Assembly: GCA_014763545.1 (NCBI GenBank)
Contig: JACXVD010000007.1
Coordinates: 815-64,814 of the forward strand
DNA length: 64,000 nucleotides
Source of the DNA: Sphingomonadales bacterium
GTDB taxonomy: Bacteria; Pseudomonadota; Alphaproteobacteria; Sphingomonadales; Sphingomonadaceae
Direction of reading: 5' to 3'
The notes beneath the pieces are model-generated. The model saw nothing but the letters and a program-made list of their open reading frames with translations. It was not told where the DNA came from and did no database searches. Of this stretch, positions 51,573 to 62,709 are shown piece after piece. Within the stretch, counting starts at the first letter, position 1. Each line of letters starts with the position of its first letter. The translations under genes were made by a program, and so were the position numbers.

Positions 51573-53099
51573 ATGACCTCCAACCGCCGTACCTTCGCGA
51601 TCATCTCGCACCCTGACGCGGGCAAGACCACGCTGACCGAAAAGCTGCTGCTGCAGGGCGGCGCGATCCACCTTGCGGGCGAGGTCAAGGCGCGTGGAGC
51701 GGCCCGCCGTGCGCGGTCGGACTGGATGAAGATCGAACAGCAGCGCGGCATTTCGGTGACGTCGAGCGTGATGACGTTCGAAAAAGACGGCATAACCTTC
51801 AACCTGCTCGATACGCCGGGGCACGAGGATTTCTCCGAAGACACCTATCGCACGCTGACCGCGGTCGATTCGGCGGTGATGGTGATCGACGTCGCCAAGG
51901 GCATCGAAAGCCAGACCCGCAAGCTGTTCGAGGTTTGCCGCCTGCGCAACGTGCCGATCATCACCTTCGTCAACAAGGTCGACCGCGAAGGCCGCTCGCT
52001 GTTCGAAATCCTCGACGAGGTGGCCGACGCGCTCCAGCTCGACGTGTCGCCGCAGTCGGCCCCGCTCGGCATGGGTGGGCTGTTCACCGGCGTGCTCGAT
52101 TTCGCAAGCGACATGGTCTCCCGCCCGGAAGGCGACAGCCGCGAATTCCTCGGCAAGCGGGAAGCCTTCGACGGCAATCTGCCCGACGATCTCGCCGAAG
52201 AAATCGAACTGGTCCGCGAAGCCTATCCCGCCTTCGACCTGGAGGCCTATCGCAATGGCGACCTGACCCCGGTGTTCTTCGGCAGCGCGCTCAAGAATTT
52301 CGGCGTCGAGGAACTGATCGGGGCGATCGCCAAATGGGCGCCGCCGCCGCGCCCGCAACCGGCGGGCGAGGAACAGATTCCGCCGACCCGTGACGAGGTG
52401 ACCGGCTTCATCTTCAAGGTGCAGGCCAATATGGACCCGCAGCACCGCGACCGGATCGCCTTCATGCGGATGGTTTCCGGCACGTTCAAACGCGGCATGA
52501 AGCTGACGCCGTCCGGCCTCGGCAAGCCGATCGCGGTCCATTCGCCGATCCTGTTCTTCGCGCAGGACCGCGAAATCGCCGACACGGCGGAGGCGGGCGA
52601 CATCATCGGCATTCCCAACCACGGCACGCTGCGGGTGGGCGACACGCTGAGCGAGAAGAACGCGATCCGCTTCACCGGCCTGCCCAATTTCGCGCCCGAA
52701 ATCCTGCGCCGCGTGGTGCTGCGCGACCCGACCAAGACCAAGCAATTGCGCAAGGCGCTCGACGATTTGTCCGAAGAGGGCGTGATCCAGGTGTTCTACC
52801 CGGAAATCGGCAGCCAGTGGATCGTCGGCGTGGTCGGCCAGCTCCAGCTCGAAGTGCTGATCAGCCGGCTGGAGGCGGAATACAAGGTCGAGGCGGTGCT
52901 CGAAGCCTCGCCCTTCGCCACCGCGCGCTGGATCAAGGGGCCCGACGCGGCGCTGCGCGATTTCGAAAGCTTCAACCGCGCGAACCTTGCCAAGGATCGC
53001 GACGGCGACCTGGTGTTCATGGCGAAATCGCCGTGGGATGTCGGCTACCAGCAGGAAAAGAACCCCGAGCTGGCCTTTTCGGCGACCAAGGAAAGGTAG
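51573..53099 (+). CDS. prfC: Peptide chain release factor 3
   Basis: GTPase motifs SHPDAGKTT, DTPGHEDF and NKVD. Confidence 0.95.
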   Translation: MTSNRRTFAIISHPDAGKTTLTEKLLLQGGAIHLAGEVKARGAARRARSDWMKIEQQRGISVTSSVMTFEKDGITFNLLDTPGHEDFSEDTYRTLTAVDSAVMVIDVAKGIESQTRKLFEVCRLRNVPIITFVNKVDREGRSLFEILDEVADALQLDVSPQSAPLGMGGLFTGVLDFASDMVSRPEGDSREFLGKREAFDGNLPDDLAEEIELVREAYPAFDLEAYRNGDLTPVFFGSALKNFGVEELIGAIAKWAPPPRPQPAGEEQIPPTRDEVTGFIFKVQANMDPQHRDRIAFMRMVSGTFKRGMKLTPSGLGKPIAVHSPILFFAQDREIADTAEAGDIIGIPNHGTLRVGDTLSEKNAIRFTGLPNFAPEILRRVVLRDPTKTKQLRKALDDLSEEGVIQVFYPEIGSQWIVGVVGQLQLEVLISRLEAEYKVEAVLEASPFATARWIKGPDAALRDFESFNRANLAKDRDGDLVFMAKSPWDVGYQQEKNPELAFSATKER

Positions 53100-53137
53100 C
53101 CTTGCGCGGGCCGACGTTAGGCCGCAAGGAACGCGGC

Positions 53138-54007
53138 ATGATCCTCGCCGGGCCCATGTCGCAAAGCTTCGTCTCGCAGCGCCTCAGGCTGCATTATGTC
53201 GATTGGGGCAATCGCGGCGCGCCGCCGCTGCTGCTGGTCCACGGCGGGCGCGACCATTGCCGCAGCTGGGACTGGGTGGCGGAAGAATTGCGGGCCGACT
53301 GGCATGTGATCGCCTTCGACCATCGCGGCCATGGCGACAGCGAATGGGTCAATGACGGCAATTACCTGACCAGCGACATGGTCTATGACCTCGCCCAGCT
53401 GGTCCACCAGCTCGACCTTGCGCCGGTCACCATCCTCGCCCATTCGATGGGTGGCGATGTGTCGCTGCGCTATGCCGCGGCCTTTCCCGACATGGTGGCC
53501 AAGCTGGCGGCGATCGAGCCGGTCGGCCTGTCGCCCGAGATGCAGCCCGGCGCCAGCGGCGAACCCTATGTCGAGCGGGTGCGCAAATGGGTGGAGGGCA
53601 AGCGCGAGGCGGCGGGCCGCCTGCCGCGCCGCTATGCCACGGTGGACGAGGCGCTGGCGCGGATGATCGAGGCCAACCGCTACCTCAGCGAAGAACAGGC
53701 GCGCCACCTCACCTACCACGGCGTCAACCGCAACGAAGACGGCAGCTTCAGCTGGAAGTTCGACCCCTATCTGCACAATTGGCCGGTCGACACCACGCCG
53801 CATGCCCTGCTCGAACAGGCATGGGCGGCGATCACCTGCCCCACGCTGCTGTTCTATGGCGCGGAAAGCTGGGCCACCGACCGGGTCGAAACCGGCTGGA
53901 TCGAACATTTCCAGGATGCGCGCATGGTCAAGTTCGAAAACGCCGGCCACTGGCTGCACCATGACCAGTTCGATCGCTTCATGGCCGAATTGCGAGGGTT
54001 CCTCTGA
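53138..54007 (+). CDS. Alpha/beta hydrolase
   Basis: HGGRDH oxyanion region, nucleophile elbow AHSMGG, and a C-terminal GHWLHHD. Confidence 0.85.
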   Translation: MILAGPMSQSFVSQRLRLHYVDWGNRGAPPLLLVHGGRDHCRSWDWVAEELRADWHVIAFDHRGHGDSEWVNDGNYLTSDMVYDLAQLVHQLDLAPVTILAHSMGGDVSLRYAAAFPDMVAKLAAIEPVGLSPEMQPGASGEPYVERVRKWVEGKREAAGRLPRRYATVDEALARMIEANRYLSEEQARHLTYHGVNRNEDGSFSWKFDPYLHNWPVDTTPHALLEQAWAAITCPTLLFYGAESWATDRVETGWIEHFQDARMVKFENAGHWLHHDQFDRFMAELRGFL

Positions 54008-54582
54008 TGGCCGAGTTCTTCGACGCGCTGGATGACAGGCACCGGGCGATGATTGCCCGGCAGAAGGTGTTCTTCGTCGCTACCGCCGCACCCGATGCGC
54101 GGATCAACCTCAGCCCCAAGGGCTACGACGCATTTCGCATCCTCGCGCCCGACCGGGTGGCCTGGCTCGACCTCGGCGGCTCGGGCAACGAAACCAACGC
54201 GCATCTGCTGGCCGACGGGCGCGTGACCGTGATGTTCTGCAATTTCGAACAACCCGCGCTGATCCTGCGGCTCTATGGCACGGCGCGCCCGGTGCTGCCG
54301 TGGGAAGGCGGCTGGGACGAGCTGGCGGCGCAGTTCACCCTGATGCCCGGCACACGGCAGATCTTCGACATGCAGGTCGAAAGCGTCCAGACCAGTTGCG
54401 GCTGGGGTGTGCCGCTGATGGAATTCGAGCGCGAGCGGTCGACCCTGCTCAAGGCCCACGCGCAGGCGGACCCCGCCGAATGGGCGGGCAAGCACCGCAA
54501 TCGCCGCGCCAGCATCGACGGACTGCCGACCCGCCAGACCGATCGCTACATTCCCGGCGATCCGGCGACCCTTCCGGAGTGA
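54007..54582 (+). CDS. Pyridoxamine 5'-phosphate oxidase-family (FMN-binding split barrel) protein
   Basis: Similarity to PNPOx-like proteins (FFVATAAPDARINLSPKG). Confidence 0.75.
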   Translation: MAEFFDALDDRHRAMIARQKVFFVATAAPDARINLSPKGYDAFRILAPDRVAWLDLGGSGNETNAHLLADGRVTVMFCNFEQPALILRLYGTARPVLPWEGGWDELAAQFTLMPGTRQIFDMQVESVQTSCGWGVPLMEFERERSTLLKAHAQADPAEWAGKHRNRRASIDGLPTRQTDRYIPGDPATLPE

Positions 54583-54592
54583 ACGGCGCGCC

Positions 54593-55294
54593 GTGGAACT
54601 GAAATTCGCCAGCTACAACATCCACAAGGCGGTGGGCACCGACGGGCGGCGCGATCCCGAACGGATCGTCAGGGTGCTGCGCGAAATCGATGCCGACATC
54701 ATCGCGCTGCAGGAAGCCGACCTGCGCTTCGGCGAGCGGGCCAGCGTCCTCTCGCGCGCCGCGCTGGACGACACGCACTGGCGCCCCGCAGCCGTGTGGC
54801 AGCGCCCGCGCAGCCTCGGCTGGCACGGCAATGCCCTGCTGGTGCGCCGCGAGTTCGAGATCGTCGATGCCCACGCGCTGCACCTGCCGACGCTGGAGCC
54901 GCGCGGGGCGGTGCGGGCGGATATCGTCGCGCATGGCCACCGGCTGCGGGTGATCGGCACCCATCTCGACCTGTCGGGCCTGCGCCGCCGCGACCAGCTG
55001 CGCGCGATCCTGTCGCATCTCGACGAATGCGACGGCGACCCGCCCAGCGTGCTGATGGGCGACTTCAACCAATGGGGCGGGGCGAGCGGCGCGATGACCG
55101 AATTCGGCCGTGGCTGGCACCTGCTCGCCACCGGACGCAGCTTCCCCAGCCGCCGCCCGATGGCCAGCCTCGACCGTATCGTCGCCTCGAAACATTGGCG
55201 ACCGGGCGACAGCGGCGTGCATCACAGCGCGGATGCGACCAACGCATCGGATCACTTGCCCGTCTGGGCGCGGCTACATCTGCCCAAGAAATAA
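54593..55294 (+). CDS. Endonuclease/exonuclease/phosphatase (EEP) family protein
   Basis: SYNIH ... ALQE ... GDFN ... SDHLPV motifs. GTG start. Confidence 0.8.
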   Translation: MELKFASYNIHKAVGTDGRRDPERIVRVLREIDADIIALQEADLRFGERASVLSRAALDDTHWRPAAVWQRPRSLGWHGNALLVRREFEIVDAHALHLPTLEPRGAVRADIVAHGHRLRVIGTHLDLSGLRRRDQLRAILSHLDECDGDPPSVLMGDFNQWGGASGAMTEFGRGWHLLATGRSFPSRRPMASLDRIVASKHWRPGDSGVHHSADATNASDHLPVWARLHLPKK

Positions 55295-55380
55295 GCTCAT
55301 GCCCAAAAAATGGGCATAATTGTCATCGAAATGACGCGGATTTTTCACCCAATCGCTTGATTTGCTGCACTGCAGCAGTT

Positions 55381-55396
55381 TGGCACGGCATTTGCA
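55381..55396 (+). promoter_or_regulatory. Sigma-54 (-24/-12) promoter upstream of glnK-amtB
   Basis: TGGCAC-ggcat-TTGCA matches TGGCAC-N5-TTGCW exactly, 50 nt upstream of the glnK ATG. Confidence 0.6.
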
Positions 55397-55400
55397 CTAA

Positions 55401-55784
<384 letters not shown>

Positions 55785-55819
55785 CCCGCCGGAGTGTGAC
55801 AGACATGAGGGATAACACC

Positions 55820-57142
55820 ATGATCCGCAAAATTGCTGTCGGTGCGGGGGCGCTGGGTGCGTCGCTGTTCACCGCAACTGCCGCTTTCGCGCAGGAGGCT
55901 GCCGAAGTCGCCGCGCCGGTTCCCAATCCCGGCAACAACGCCTGGATGATGACCTCCACCATCCTCGTCCTGATGATGATCCTGCCCGGCCTCGCGCTGT
56001 TCTACGGCGGCCTGACCCGCTCGAAGAACATGCTCTCGACCATGACCCAGATCGGCGCGATCGCATGCCTTGCGATGCTCGTGTGGATCATGTGGGGCTA
56101 CGGCATGGCCTTCGGACCCGAAGGCAACGCCTTCGTCAGCTGGGGCAAGTTCTTCCTCGCGGGCGTCACCTCCGACAGCACCGCCGCGACCTTCAGCGAT
56201 GAAGTGATCAGCGAATATGTGTTCATCTGCTTCCAGATGACCTTCGCCGCGATCACCGCCGCGCTGGTGCTCGGCTCCACCGTGGAACGTATCAAGTTCT
56301 CGGCGGTGATGGTGTTCGGCATCGTCTGGCTGACGATCGTCTATTTCCCGATCGCGCACATGGTGTGGGCCGGTGGCGGCCTGTTCTTCGAAATGGGCGC
56401 GCTGGACTTCGCCGGCGGTACCGTGGTGCACATCAACGCCGGTGTCTCGGCGCTGGTCGCCGCGATCATCCTCGGCAAGCGCAAGGGCTTCCCCGAAGAA
56501 CCCATGCCGCCGCACAGCCTCACGCTGACCATGGTCGGCGCCGGCCTGCTGTGGGTGGGCTGGTTCGGCTTCAACGCCGGGTCGGAACTCGAAGCCGACG
56601 GCACCGCGGGCCTTGCGATGATCAACACCTTCGTCGCCACCGCTGCCGCCGCCCTGTTCTGGATGCTCACCGAGCGTGCGATGGGCCACAAGGGTTCGGC
56701 GCTGGGCTTCGCTTCGGGTCTCGTTGCGGGTCTCGTCGCGGTCACCCCGGCGGCCGGTAACGTCAGCGTCTTCGGCGCGGTCGTGCTCGGCGCGGTTGCC
56801 TCGATCATCTGCTTCTTCGCCGTGTCGAAGCTCAAGCCGATGTTCGGTTACGACGACTCGCTCGACGCCTTCGGCATCCACGGCATCGGCGGCATGATCG
56901 GCGCCATCGGCACCGGCATCCTGCACGATCCGATGTTCGGCGGCCCGGGCGATGGCTCGGTCTCGCTGGCCAGCCAGGTCGGCATCCAGGCCGCTGCCGT
57001 GGGCACCACCATCGTGTGGGCTGCCATCGGCACCGTCGTCGCCATCTTCGTGGCCAAGCTGGTCACCGGCCTGCGCGTCAGCGACCAGGTCGAGCAGGAA
57101 GGTCTCGACATCGGCGAACATGGCGAACGCGCCTACAACTGA
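55820..57142 (+). CDS. amtB: Ammonium transporter
   Basis: Signal peptide plus 11 TM helices with Amt signature regions (DFAGGTVVHINAG, FGIHGIGG). Start chosen after the gaggga SD. Confidence 0.9.
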   Translation: MIRKIAVGAGALGASLFTATAAFAQEAAEVAAPVPNPGNNAWMMTSTILVLMMILPGLALFYGGLTRSKNMLSTMTQIGAIACLAMLVWIMWGYGMAFGPEGNAFVSWGKFFLAGVTSDSTAATFSDEVISEYVFICFQMTFAAITAALVLGSTVERIKFSAVMVFGIVWLTIVYFPIAHMVWAGGGLFFEMGALDFAGGTVVHINAGVSALVAAIILGKRKGFPEEPMPPHSLTLTMVGAGLLWVGWFGFNAGSELEADGTAGLAMINTFVATAAAALFWMLTERAMGHKGSALGFASGLVAGLVAVTPAAGNVSVFGAVVLGAVASIICFFAVSKLKPMFGYDDSLDAFGIHGIGGMIGAIGTGILHDPMFGGPGDGSVSLASQVGIQAAAVGTTIVWAAIGTVVAIFVAKLVTGLRVSDQVEQEGLDIGEHGERAYN

Positions 57143-57293
57143 CGGACGCAGCGGGCGGAAGGTGGGAACCCGTTTCCCAACTTCCGCCCCGCGACCGGAA
57201 ACGAATTTTCAGCTTGGCGGGATCGGGTCTCTCCTCTCCTCTCTCCTCCCCGGTCCCGCCTAACTTTGTTCCTCCTGCGAACGTAGCCTTCAC

Positions 57294-57327
57294 GGGCCGG
57301 AGCCAGCCGCTCCGGCCCATTTTTTTT
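57294..57327 (+). terminator. Rho-independent terminator after amtB
   Basis: 9-bp stem gggccggag/ctccggccc, 7-nt loop, then a + tttttttt. Confidence 0.7.
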
Positions 57328-57400
57328 CGGCTTTATGCGATTGGCCCAACTGCTAGTCTGCCGGGCGAAGAACTTGACCTGCCAGGGCACCGGACCATGA

Positions 57401-57766
<366 letters not shown>

Positions 57767-57778
57767 CGCCGGGTTGCG

Positions 57779-58678
57779 TCAATCGTGCCGGGCGGCGTCC
57801 TGCTGGCGCTGCTGCCAGCGGGCGCGGATCGCATCGGAGGTTTCGCGGCTGCCGTCGTGGCTCCAGCCGGGTTCGCGCCAGACATAGGACAGCTTGTGGC
57901 GCCACGGCGCGGCCCAGACATCGCGCGCGATGCCGACCCATTCGTGGAACACCGACCACAGCAGGTTGAAGCTGCCCAGCTGCTTGACGATGCCGTAACG
58001 GATGCGTTCGCTGTCGAGTTCGGGCTGGAACGTGCCGAACATCCGGTCCCACACGATGAAGACCCCGGCGTAATTGCGATCGAGATACAGCGGATTGGTC
58101 GCGTGGTGCACCCGGTGGTGGCTCGGCGTGTTCATCACCGCTTCGAACCAGCGCGGCATCCGCCCGATTGCCTCGGTATGGATCCAGAACTGGTAGATCA
58201 GGTTGAAGCCGCCGCAGATGGCGATCATCCCGGGGTGGAATCCGGCCAGCACCAGCGGCAGCTTGAACACGAAGCCCAGCGTCAGGAAGCCGGTCCAGGT
58301 CTGCCGCAGCGCGGTGGACAAATTGTAATGCTGGCTCGAATGGTGGTTCACATGGCTCGCCCAGAACCAGCGGATGCGGTGCCCCGCGCGGTGGACCCAG
58401 TAATATGCCAGATCGTCGAGCACGAAGCAGGCGATCCATGCCCACCATTGCCACCCGATGGTGAAGATGCGGAATTGGTAGGCAGCGAAGAACGCCGCCA
58501 GCAGCAGCCCGCCGGTCAGCAGCCCGGCCACCGTGCTGCCGAGGCCGAAGGCGAGGCTGGTCAGCGTATCCTTCGGCTCATAGGCTTCGCGCCGCAGCTT
58601 GCGGGCCCACACCATCTCGACCAGCACCAGCAGGACGAAACCGGGAACGGCGTAATCGACGGGGTTGAAATCGGGCAT
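57779..58678 (-). CDS. Sterol desaturase / fatty-acid hydroxylase family membrane protein
   Basis: His boxes HRAGH, HVNHH and HHRVHH. Confidence 0.85.
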   Translation of the reverse strand: MPDFNPVDYAVPGFVLLVLVEMVWARKLRREAYEPKDTLTSLAFGLGSTVAGLLTGGLLLAAFFAAYQFRIFTIGWQWWAWIACFVLDDLAYYWVHRAGHRIRWFWASHVNHHSSQHYNLSTALRQTWTGFLTLGFVFKLPLVLAGFHPGMIAICGGFNLIYQFWIHTEAIGRMPRWFEAVMNTPSHHRVHHATNPLYLDRNYAGVFIVWDRMFGTFQPELDSERIRYGIVKQLGSFNLLWSVFHEWVGIARDVWAAPWRHKLSYVWREPGWSHDGSRETSDAIRARWQQRQQDAARHD

Positions 58679-58698
58679 GGTCGGCTCGGCGGTGTGGT

Positions 58699-59109
58699 TC
58701 AGCCGTTCAGGCGGCGGAAGCTGGCGGCCCATTCCTGCGCGGAAGGGCCGAGGTCGAAAGTCACGCGCCCGAAGGTCTTTTCGGGCGTTTCGATGGTCAG
58801 GAAATTGCGGTCGAGATTGCCGGTCGTGCTGGCGCCCAGCAGGCGCGATGCGAAATGTGCGCCATGCGGGCGCAGCAGCATGACCCGCCCCTCGGCATCG
58901 CGCAGCAGCGCGCCATAGCCCGCGCGGTCGATCGCGATATCGACCGGATCGAAGCCGCAGATCGCCTCATCGGCCAGCGCGCGCGCCTGCTCTTCGCTGC
59001 GGATGCGCGGATCGCCGCCCAGCCCCATGCGTGCCGCGATCCATGCGAGCGCGAGGATCGCGATCAGCGAACCGGCCAGTTGCAGCAATTCGGTCGGGAT
59101 TCCCCACAT
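58699..59109 (-). CDS. Hypothetical membrane-anchored protein
   Basis: One N-terminal TM helix. No family recognised. The start is inferred. Confidence 0.5.
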   Translation of the reverse strand: MWGIPTELLQLAGSLIAILALAWIAARMGLGGDPRIRSEEQARALADEAICGFDPVDIAIDRAGYGALLRDAEGRVMLLRPHGAHFASRLLGASTTGNLDRNFLTIETPEKTFGRVTFDLGPSAQEWAASFRRLNG

Positions 59110-59113
59110 GGCG

Positions 59114-59554
59114 TCAGCCGGCAGCCTTGCCGGCCAGCATGTCCATAGCCGGGCGCACCGGGGCGACATCGTAACCGGCTGCGGCCGCCGCACGCGCGGT
59201 CGCCTCGGGATCGTCGCCCGCCTGCGAGCGGGCCAGCGCCCACAGCAGGGTGGAGCGGGTGCCGGTGCGGCAGAAGGCCAGCACTTTGCCCGAAGCCTTC
59301 CCCAGCGCCTCGGCCATGGCGGATACCTGCGCTTCGCTGAAACCGGCGCGGGTGATCGGGATGGCGAGGTAGTCCATCCCCGCCGCGCGGGCGGCCTGTT
59401 CGACCTCGGCGCTGTCCGGCTGGGCGGGGTCTTCCCCGTCGGGCCGGTTGTTGATCACCAGGGTGAAGCCCTGCGCCGCCGCGTCGGCCAGTTCGGCAGG
59501 GTCGATCTGCGGGCTGGCGAAGATCGTGTCGGTCAATTGGCGATAATCGGTCAT
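59114..59554 (-). CDS. DUF442/TIGR01244-like phosphatase-fold (sulfurtransferase-like) protein
   Basis: CX5R(S/T)-type motif FCRTGTRS. 4-nt overlap with terC. Confidence 0.7.
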   Translation of the reverse strand: MTDYRQLTDTIFASPQIDPAELADAAAQGFTLVINNRPDGEDPAQPDSAEVEQAARAAGMDYLAIPITRAGFSEAQVSAMAEALGKASGKVLAFCRTGTRSTLLWALARSQAGDDPEATARAAAAAGYDVAPVRPAMDMLAGKAAG

Positions 59555-60357
59555 CCGTGCTCTCCCCGCGCAGCGCGGCCTTTGCGTGCCCGCCGCGCCC
59601 GCTGTGCCATGTTGAGCAGTTCCACGCCCAGCGAAAAGCCCATCGCGGCGTAGATATAGCCCTTGGGAACGTGGAAGCCGAAACCGTCTGCGATCAGTAC
59701 CAGCCCGATCATCACCAGGAATGCCAGCGCCAGCATCACCAGCGTGGGATTGCGTTCGATGAAGCGGGCCAGCGGATCGGCGGCAACAAGCATGATGCCA
59801 ACGGTGATCACCACTGCGGCGACCATGATCGGCACCTCGTCGGTCATGCCCACCGCGGTGAGGATCGAATCGATCGAGAAGACCAGGTCCAGCGCGATGA
59901 TCTGCGCGATCGCGGCGCTGAAGCCGATCTGGGCCACGCTCTTGTCCTTGTCGAGCATGTCGCCCGAATCGCCTTCGGGATCCATGCTGTGATGGATTTC
60001 CTTGGTCGCCTTCCACAGCAGGAACAGTCCGCCCGCGATCAGGATCAGGTCGCGGCCGGAAAAGGCCGTTTCGAAGGTCGGCTCGCCATGGGTGCCCGGC
60101 GCGCCGGAGATGCCGAGGTCGATCAGCGTGGCCTGCAGCGTGACCAGCCAGCCGATCAGCAGCAGCAAGCCGATGCGCATCCCCAGCGCCAGCGACAGCC
60201 CGATGCGCCGGGCGGATTGCTGCTGGTGCAGCGGCAGCTTGTTGGAAAGGATGGCGATAAAGACGAGGTTGTCGATTCCCAGCACGACTTCGAGCGCGAT
60301 CAGCGTAAGCAGCGCGGCCCAGGCGGCGGGATCGGAGAGTAACGAGATGATGTCCAT
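59551..60357 (-). CDS. TerC-family integral membrane protein
   Basis: [14 protein letters not shown] and [16 protein letters not shown], the duplicated TerC motifs. Confidence 0.85.
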   Translation of the reverse strand: MDIISLLSDPAAWAALLTLIALEVVLGIDNLVFIAILSNKLPLHQQQSARRIGLSLALGMRIGLLLLIGWLVTLQATLIDLGISGAPGTHGEPTFETAFSGRDLILIAGGLFLLWKATKEIHHSMDPEGDSGDMLDKDKSVAQIGFSAAIAQIIALDLVFSIDSILTAVGMTDEVPIMVAAVVITVGIMLVAADPLARFIERNPTLVMLALAFLVMIGLVLIADGFGFHVPKGYIYAAMGFSLGVELLNMAQRARRARKGRAARGEHG

Positions 60358-60614
60358 GGCGCCGTCTTCTGCCCAAGCCACGCGCCGCTGGCAAGGATAT
60401 GCCGCATGCCTGGCGGCTTGCGAAAATGTCACAATTGCGCCGGATGCCGGGTGCCCATGCTTAATCGTTCGCGTGGGGGCCGAATCTGCGCTATGGAGGC
60501 GGCAATCTGGTGGGGGCCAGCCCTGAAAAGCTGATCGCTACCGTGTCCGGTGGGCCCCGCCCGCGCCTCCGGAGCTGGTCAAACGGGCGGTGAGACGAAG
60601 GTACGTACGAGCAT

Positions 60615-61370
60615 ATGGGTTACGATAGAGGGCGCCGTCGGGGGCGGGACAAGCGCGACGGGTTCGGTGAAGACAGCTTCGATCCGTTCCAGAGTGGTCC
60701 GGACAATTTTGCACCCCGCGACAACTTCGGCGGCCGTGACAATTACGGCGGCGGTGACCGTTTCGGCGGTGGCGGCGATCGCTTCGGCGGTGGTGGCCGC
60801 GGCCCCGGTGGCGGCGGTCGTGGTCCCGGCGGTCCGGCTGGCGGCGGTGGCGCTGGTGGCGGCGGTTTCAACCGCATGCCTGCGCAGGTCGTCGGCACCG
60901 GCAAGGGCACGGTAAAGTTCTTCAACGGCCAGAAGGGCTTCGGCTTCATCCAGCAGGATGCCGGCGGTGAAGACGTGTTCGTGCACATCAGCGCCGTGGA
61001 GCGTGCCGGCCTCGCCGGCCTCGCCGAAGGGCAGCAGCTCGAATTCAACCTCGTCGATCGTGGCGGCAAGATTTCCGCGCAGGACCTGCAGGTCGTCGGC
61101 GATGTGATCGAGGTCGAACAGCGCCCGGCAGCCCCGCGCCGCGAACTGACCGGCGAAAAGGCGACCGGTACGGTCAAGTTCTTCAACGCGATGAAGGGCT
61201 TCGGCTTCTTGGTGCGCGACGATGGCCAGCCGGATGCCTTCGTGCATATCAGCGCGGTGGAACGGTCGGGCCTGTCCGGCATCAACGAGGGCGAACGCTA
61301 CGAGTTCGATCTCGAGGTCGATCGACGAGGCAAGCACTCGGCGGTCAACCTTGTGCCCGTTCAGGGCTGA
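60615..61370 (+). CDS. Cold-shock-domain protein with two CSDs and an N-terminal Gly/Arg-rich low-complexity region
   Basis: Two copies of KFFNxxKGFGF...VFVHISAV, preceded by about 85 aa of RGG/GGG repeats. Confidence 0.85.
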   Translation: MGYDRGRRRGRDKRDGFGEDSFDPFQSGPDNFAPRDNFGGRDNYGGGDRFGGGGDRFGGGGRGPGGGGRGPGGPAGGGGAGGGGFNRMPAQVVGTGKGTVKFFNGQKGFGFIQQDAGGEDVFVHISAVERAGLAGLAEGQQLEFNLVDRGGKISAQDLQVVGDVIEVEQRPAAPRRELTGEKATGTVKFFNAMKGFGFLVRDDGQPDAFVHISAVERSGLSGINEGERYEFDLEVDRRGKHSAVNLVPVQG

Positions 61371-61428
61371 ACCAGCCGCGTTTCGCCCGGTGTTTGACCG
61401 GGCAGGCGCAACCACATAAACGGACGCG

Positions 61429-61480
61429 AATGGCGGCCCCTGGAGTCCAAGCGACTTTGGGGCCGCCATTTGTCGTTTCT
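61429..61480 (+). terminator. Possible terminator after the csp gene
   Basis: 12-bp stem aatggcggcccc/ggggccgccatt, 18-nt loop, then tgtcgtttct. Confidence 0.5.
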
Positions 61481-61518
61481 CCAATCCCGGTTTCAAATTT
61501 CAGGACAGGAAAAGTGCC

Positions 61519-62706
61519 ATGTCGATCTCCCCGCTGATGCCCGTATACCCCCGTTGCGGCGTGCGCCCGGTGCGAGGCGAGCACTGCCACCTGATCGACG
61601 AAGACGGCACCCGCTATCTCGATTTCGCCAGCGGCATCGCGGTCAACGCGCTGGGCCATTCGCATGAAGGGCTGATCGGCGCGATCAAGCAGCAGGCCGA
61701 GACGCTGATGCATGTCTCGAACCTTTATGGCAGCCCGCAGGGCGAGGCGCTGGCACAGCGCCTGGTCGACAACACCTTCGCCGATACGGTGTTCTTCACC
61801 AATTCGGGCGCGGAGGCAGTCGAATGCGCGATCAAGGCCGCGCGCGCCTATCACCAGTCGGCGGGCAATGACGAGAAGTTCGAACTGATCACCTTCGCCA
61901 ACGCCTTCCACGGGCGGACGATGGCGACGATCAGCGCGTCCAACCAGGACAAGATGCACAAGGGCTTCATGCCGCTGCTGCCGGGCTTCAAATATGCCGA
62001 ATTCGACAGCCTCGAATCGGCCAAGGCGCAGATGGGCCCCAATACCGCGGGCTTCCTGGTCGAACCGATCCAGGGTGAGGGCGGCATCCGCCCCGCGTCG
62101 GACGAATTCATCCGCGGCCTGCGCCAGCTGGCCGACGAAAACGATCTGATGCTGGTGTTCGACGAAGTGCAGTGCGGTGTGGCCCGCACCGGCGCGCTTT
62201 ACGCCTATGAGCTTTACGGGGTCGAGCCGGATATCCTCGCCACGGCCAAGGGGATCGGCGGCGGCTTCCCGCTGGGCGCCTGCATCGCCACCGAAAAGGC
62301 GGCCCGGGGGATGACCTTCGGCACCCATGGTTCGACCTATGGCGGCAACCCGCTGGCGATGGCGGCGGGCATGGCCGTGCTCGATGCCGTGCTCGAAGAA
62401 GGCTTCCTCGCCGACGTCACCGAGAAGGGCGAACGCATTCGCAGCCGCCTCGAACAATTCATCGGCAATTATCCCGACCTGTTCGAACTGGTGCGCGGCA
62501 AGGGGCTGATGCTGGGGCTGAAGATGAAGGTCGAGAGCCGGCCCTTCTTCGTCCACCTGCGCGACAATCACCAGTTGCTCACCGTGGCGGCGGGCGACAA
62601 CACGCTGCGGGTGCTGCCGCCGCTGGTGATCGGCGATGCCGAGATCGACGAATTCTTCGACAAGCTGTCGGCGGGCGCCGCCGACTACACGATACCGGAG
62701 GGCTGA
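61519..62706 (+). CDS. argD: Acetylornithine aminotransferase (class III PLP aminotransferase)
   Basis: Class III aminotransferase motifs (NSGAEAVE, DEVQCGVARTG, TAKGIGGG). Adjacent to argF. Confidence 0.9.
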   Translation: MSISPLMPVYPRCGVRPVRGEHCHLIDEDGTRYLDFASGIAVNALGHSHEGLIGAIKQQAETLMHVSNLYGSPQGEALAQRLVDNTFADTVFFTNSGAEAVECAIKAARAYHQSAGNDEKFELITFANAFHGRTMATISASNQDKMHKGFMPLLPGFKYAEFDSLESAKAQMGPNTAGFLVEPIQGEGGIRPASDEFIRGLRQLADENDLMLVFDEVQCGVARTGALYAYELYGVEPDILATAKGIGGGFPLGACIATEKAARGMTFGTHGSTYGGNPLAMAAGMAVLDAVLEEGFLADVTEKGERIRSRLEQFIGNYPDLFELVRGKGLMLGLKMKVESRPFFVHLRDNHQLLTVAAGDNTLRVLPPLVIGDAEIDEFFDKLSAGAADYTIPEG

Positions 62707-62709
62707 GGG

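Noticed and set aside
55299-55317. Hairpin atgccca-aaaaa-tgggcat after the EEP gene, considered as a terminator.
   Set aside because: The stem is only 7 bp and there is no downstream T-tract. It may be a weak terminator or a protein-binding palindrome and is not called as a feature.
60358-60614. Possible yybP-ykoY (Mn2+) riboswitch upstream of the TerC-family gene.
   Set aside because: TerC genes are often preceded by this riboswitch. However, I could not find the conserved GGGGAGUAG/UUGACA-type core elements on the minus strand of this region. A covariance-model search (Rfam RF00080) would be decisive.
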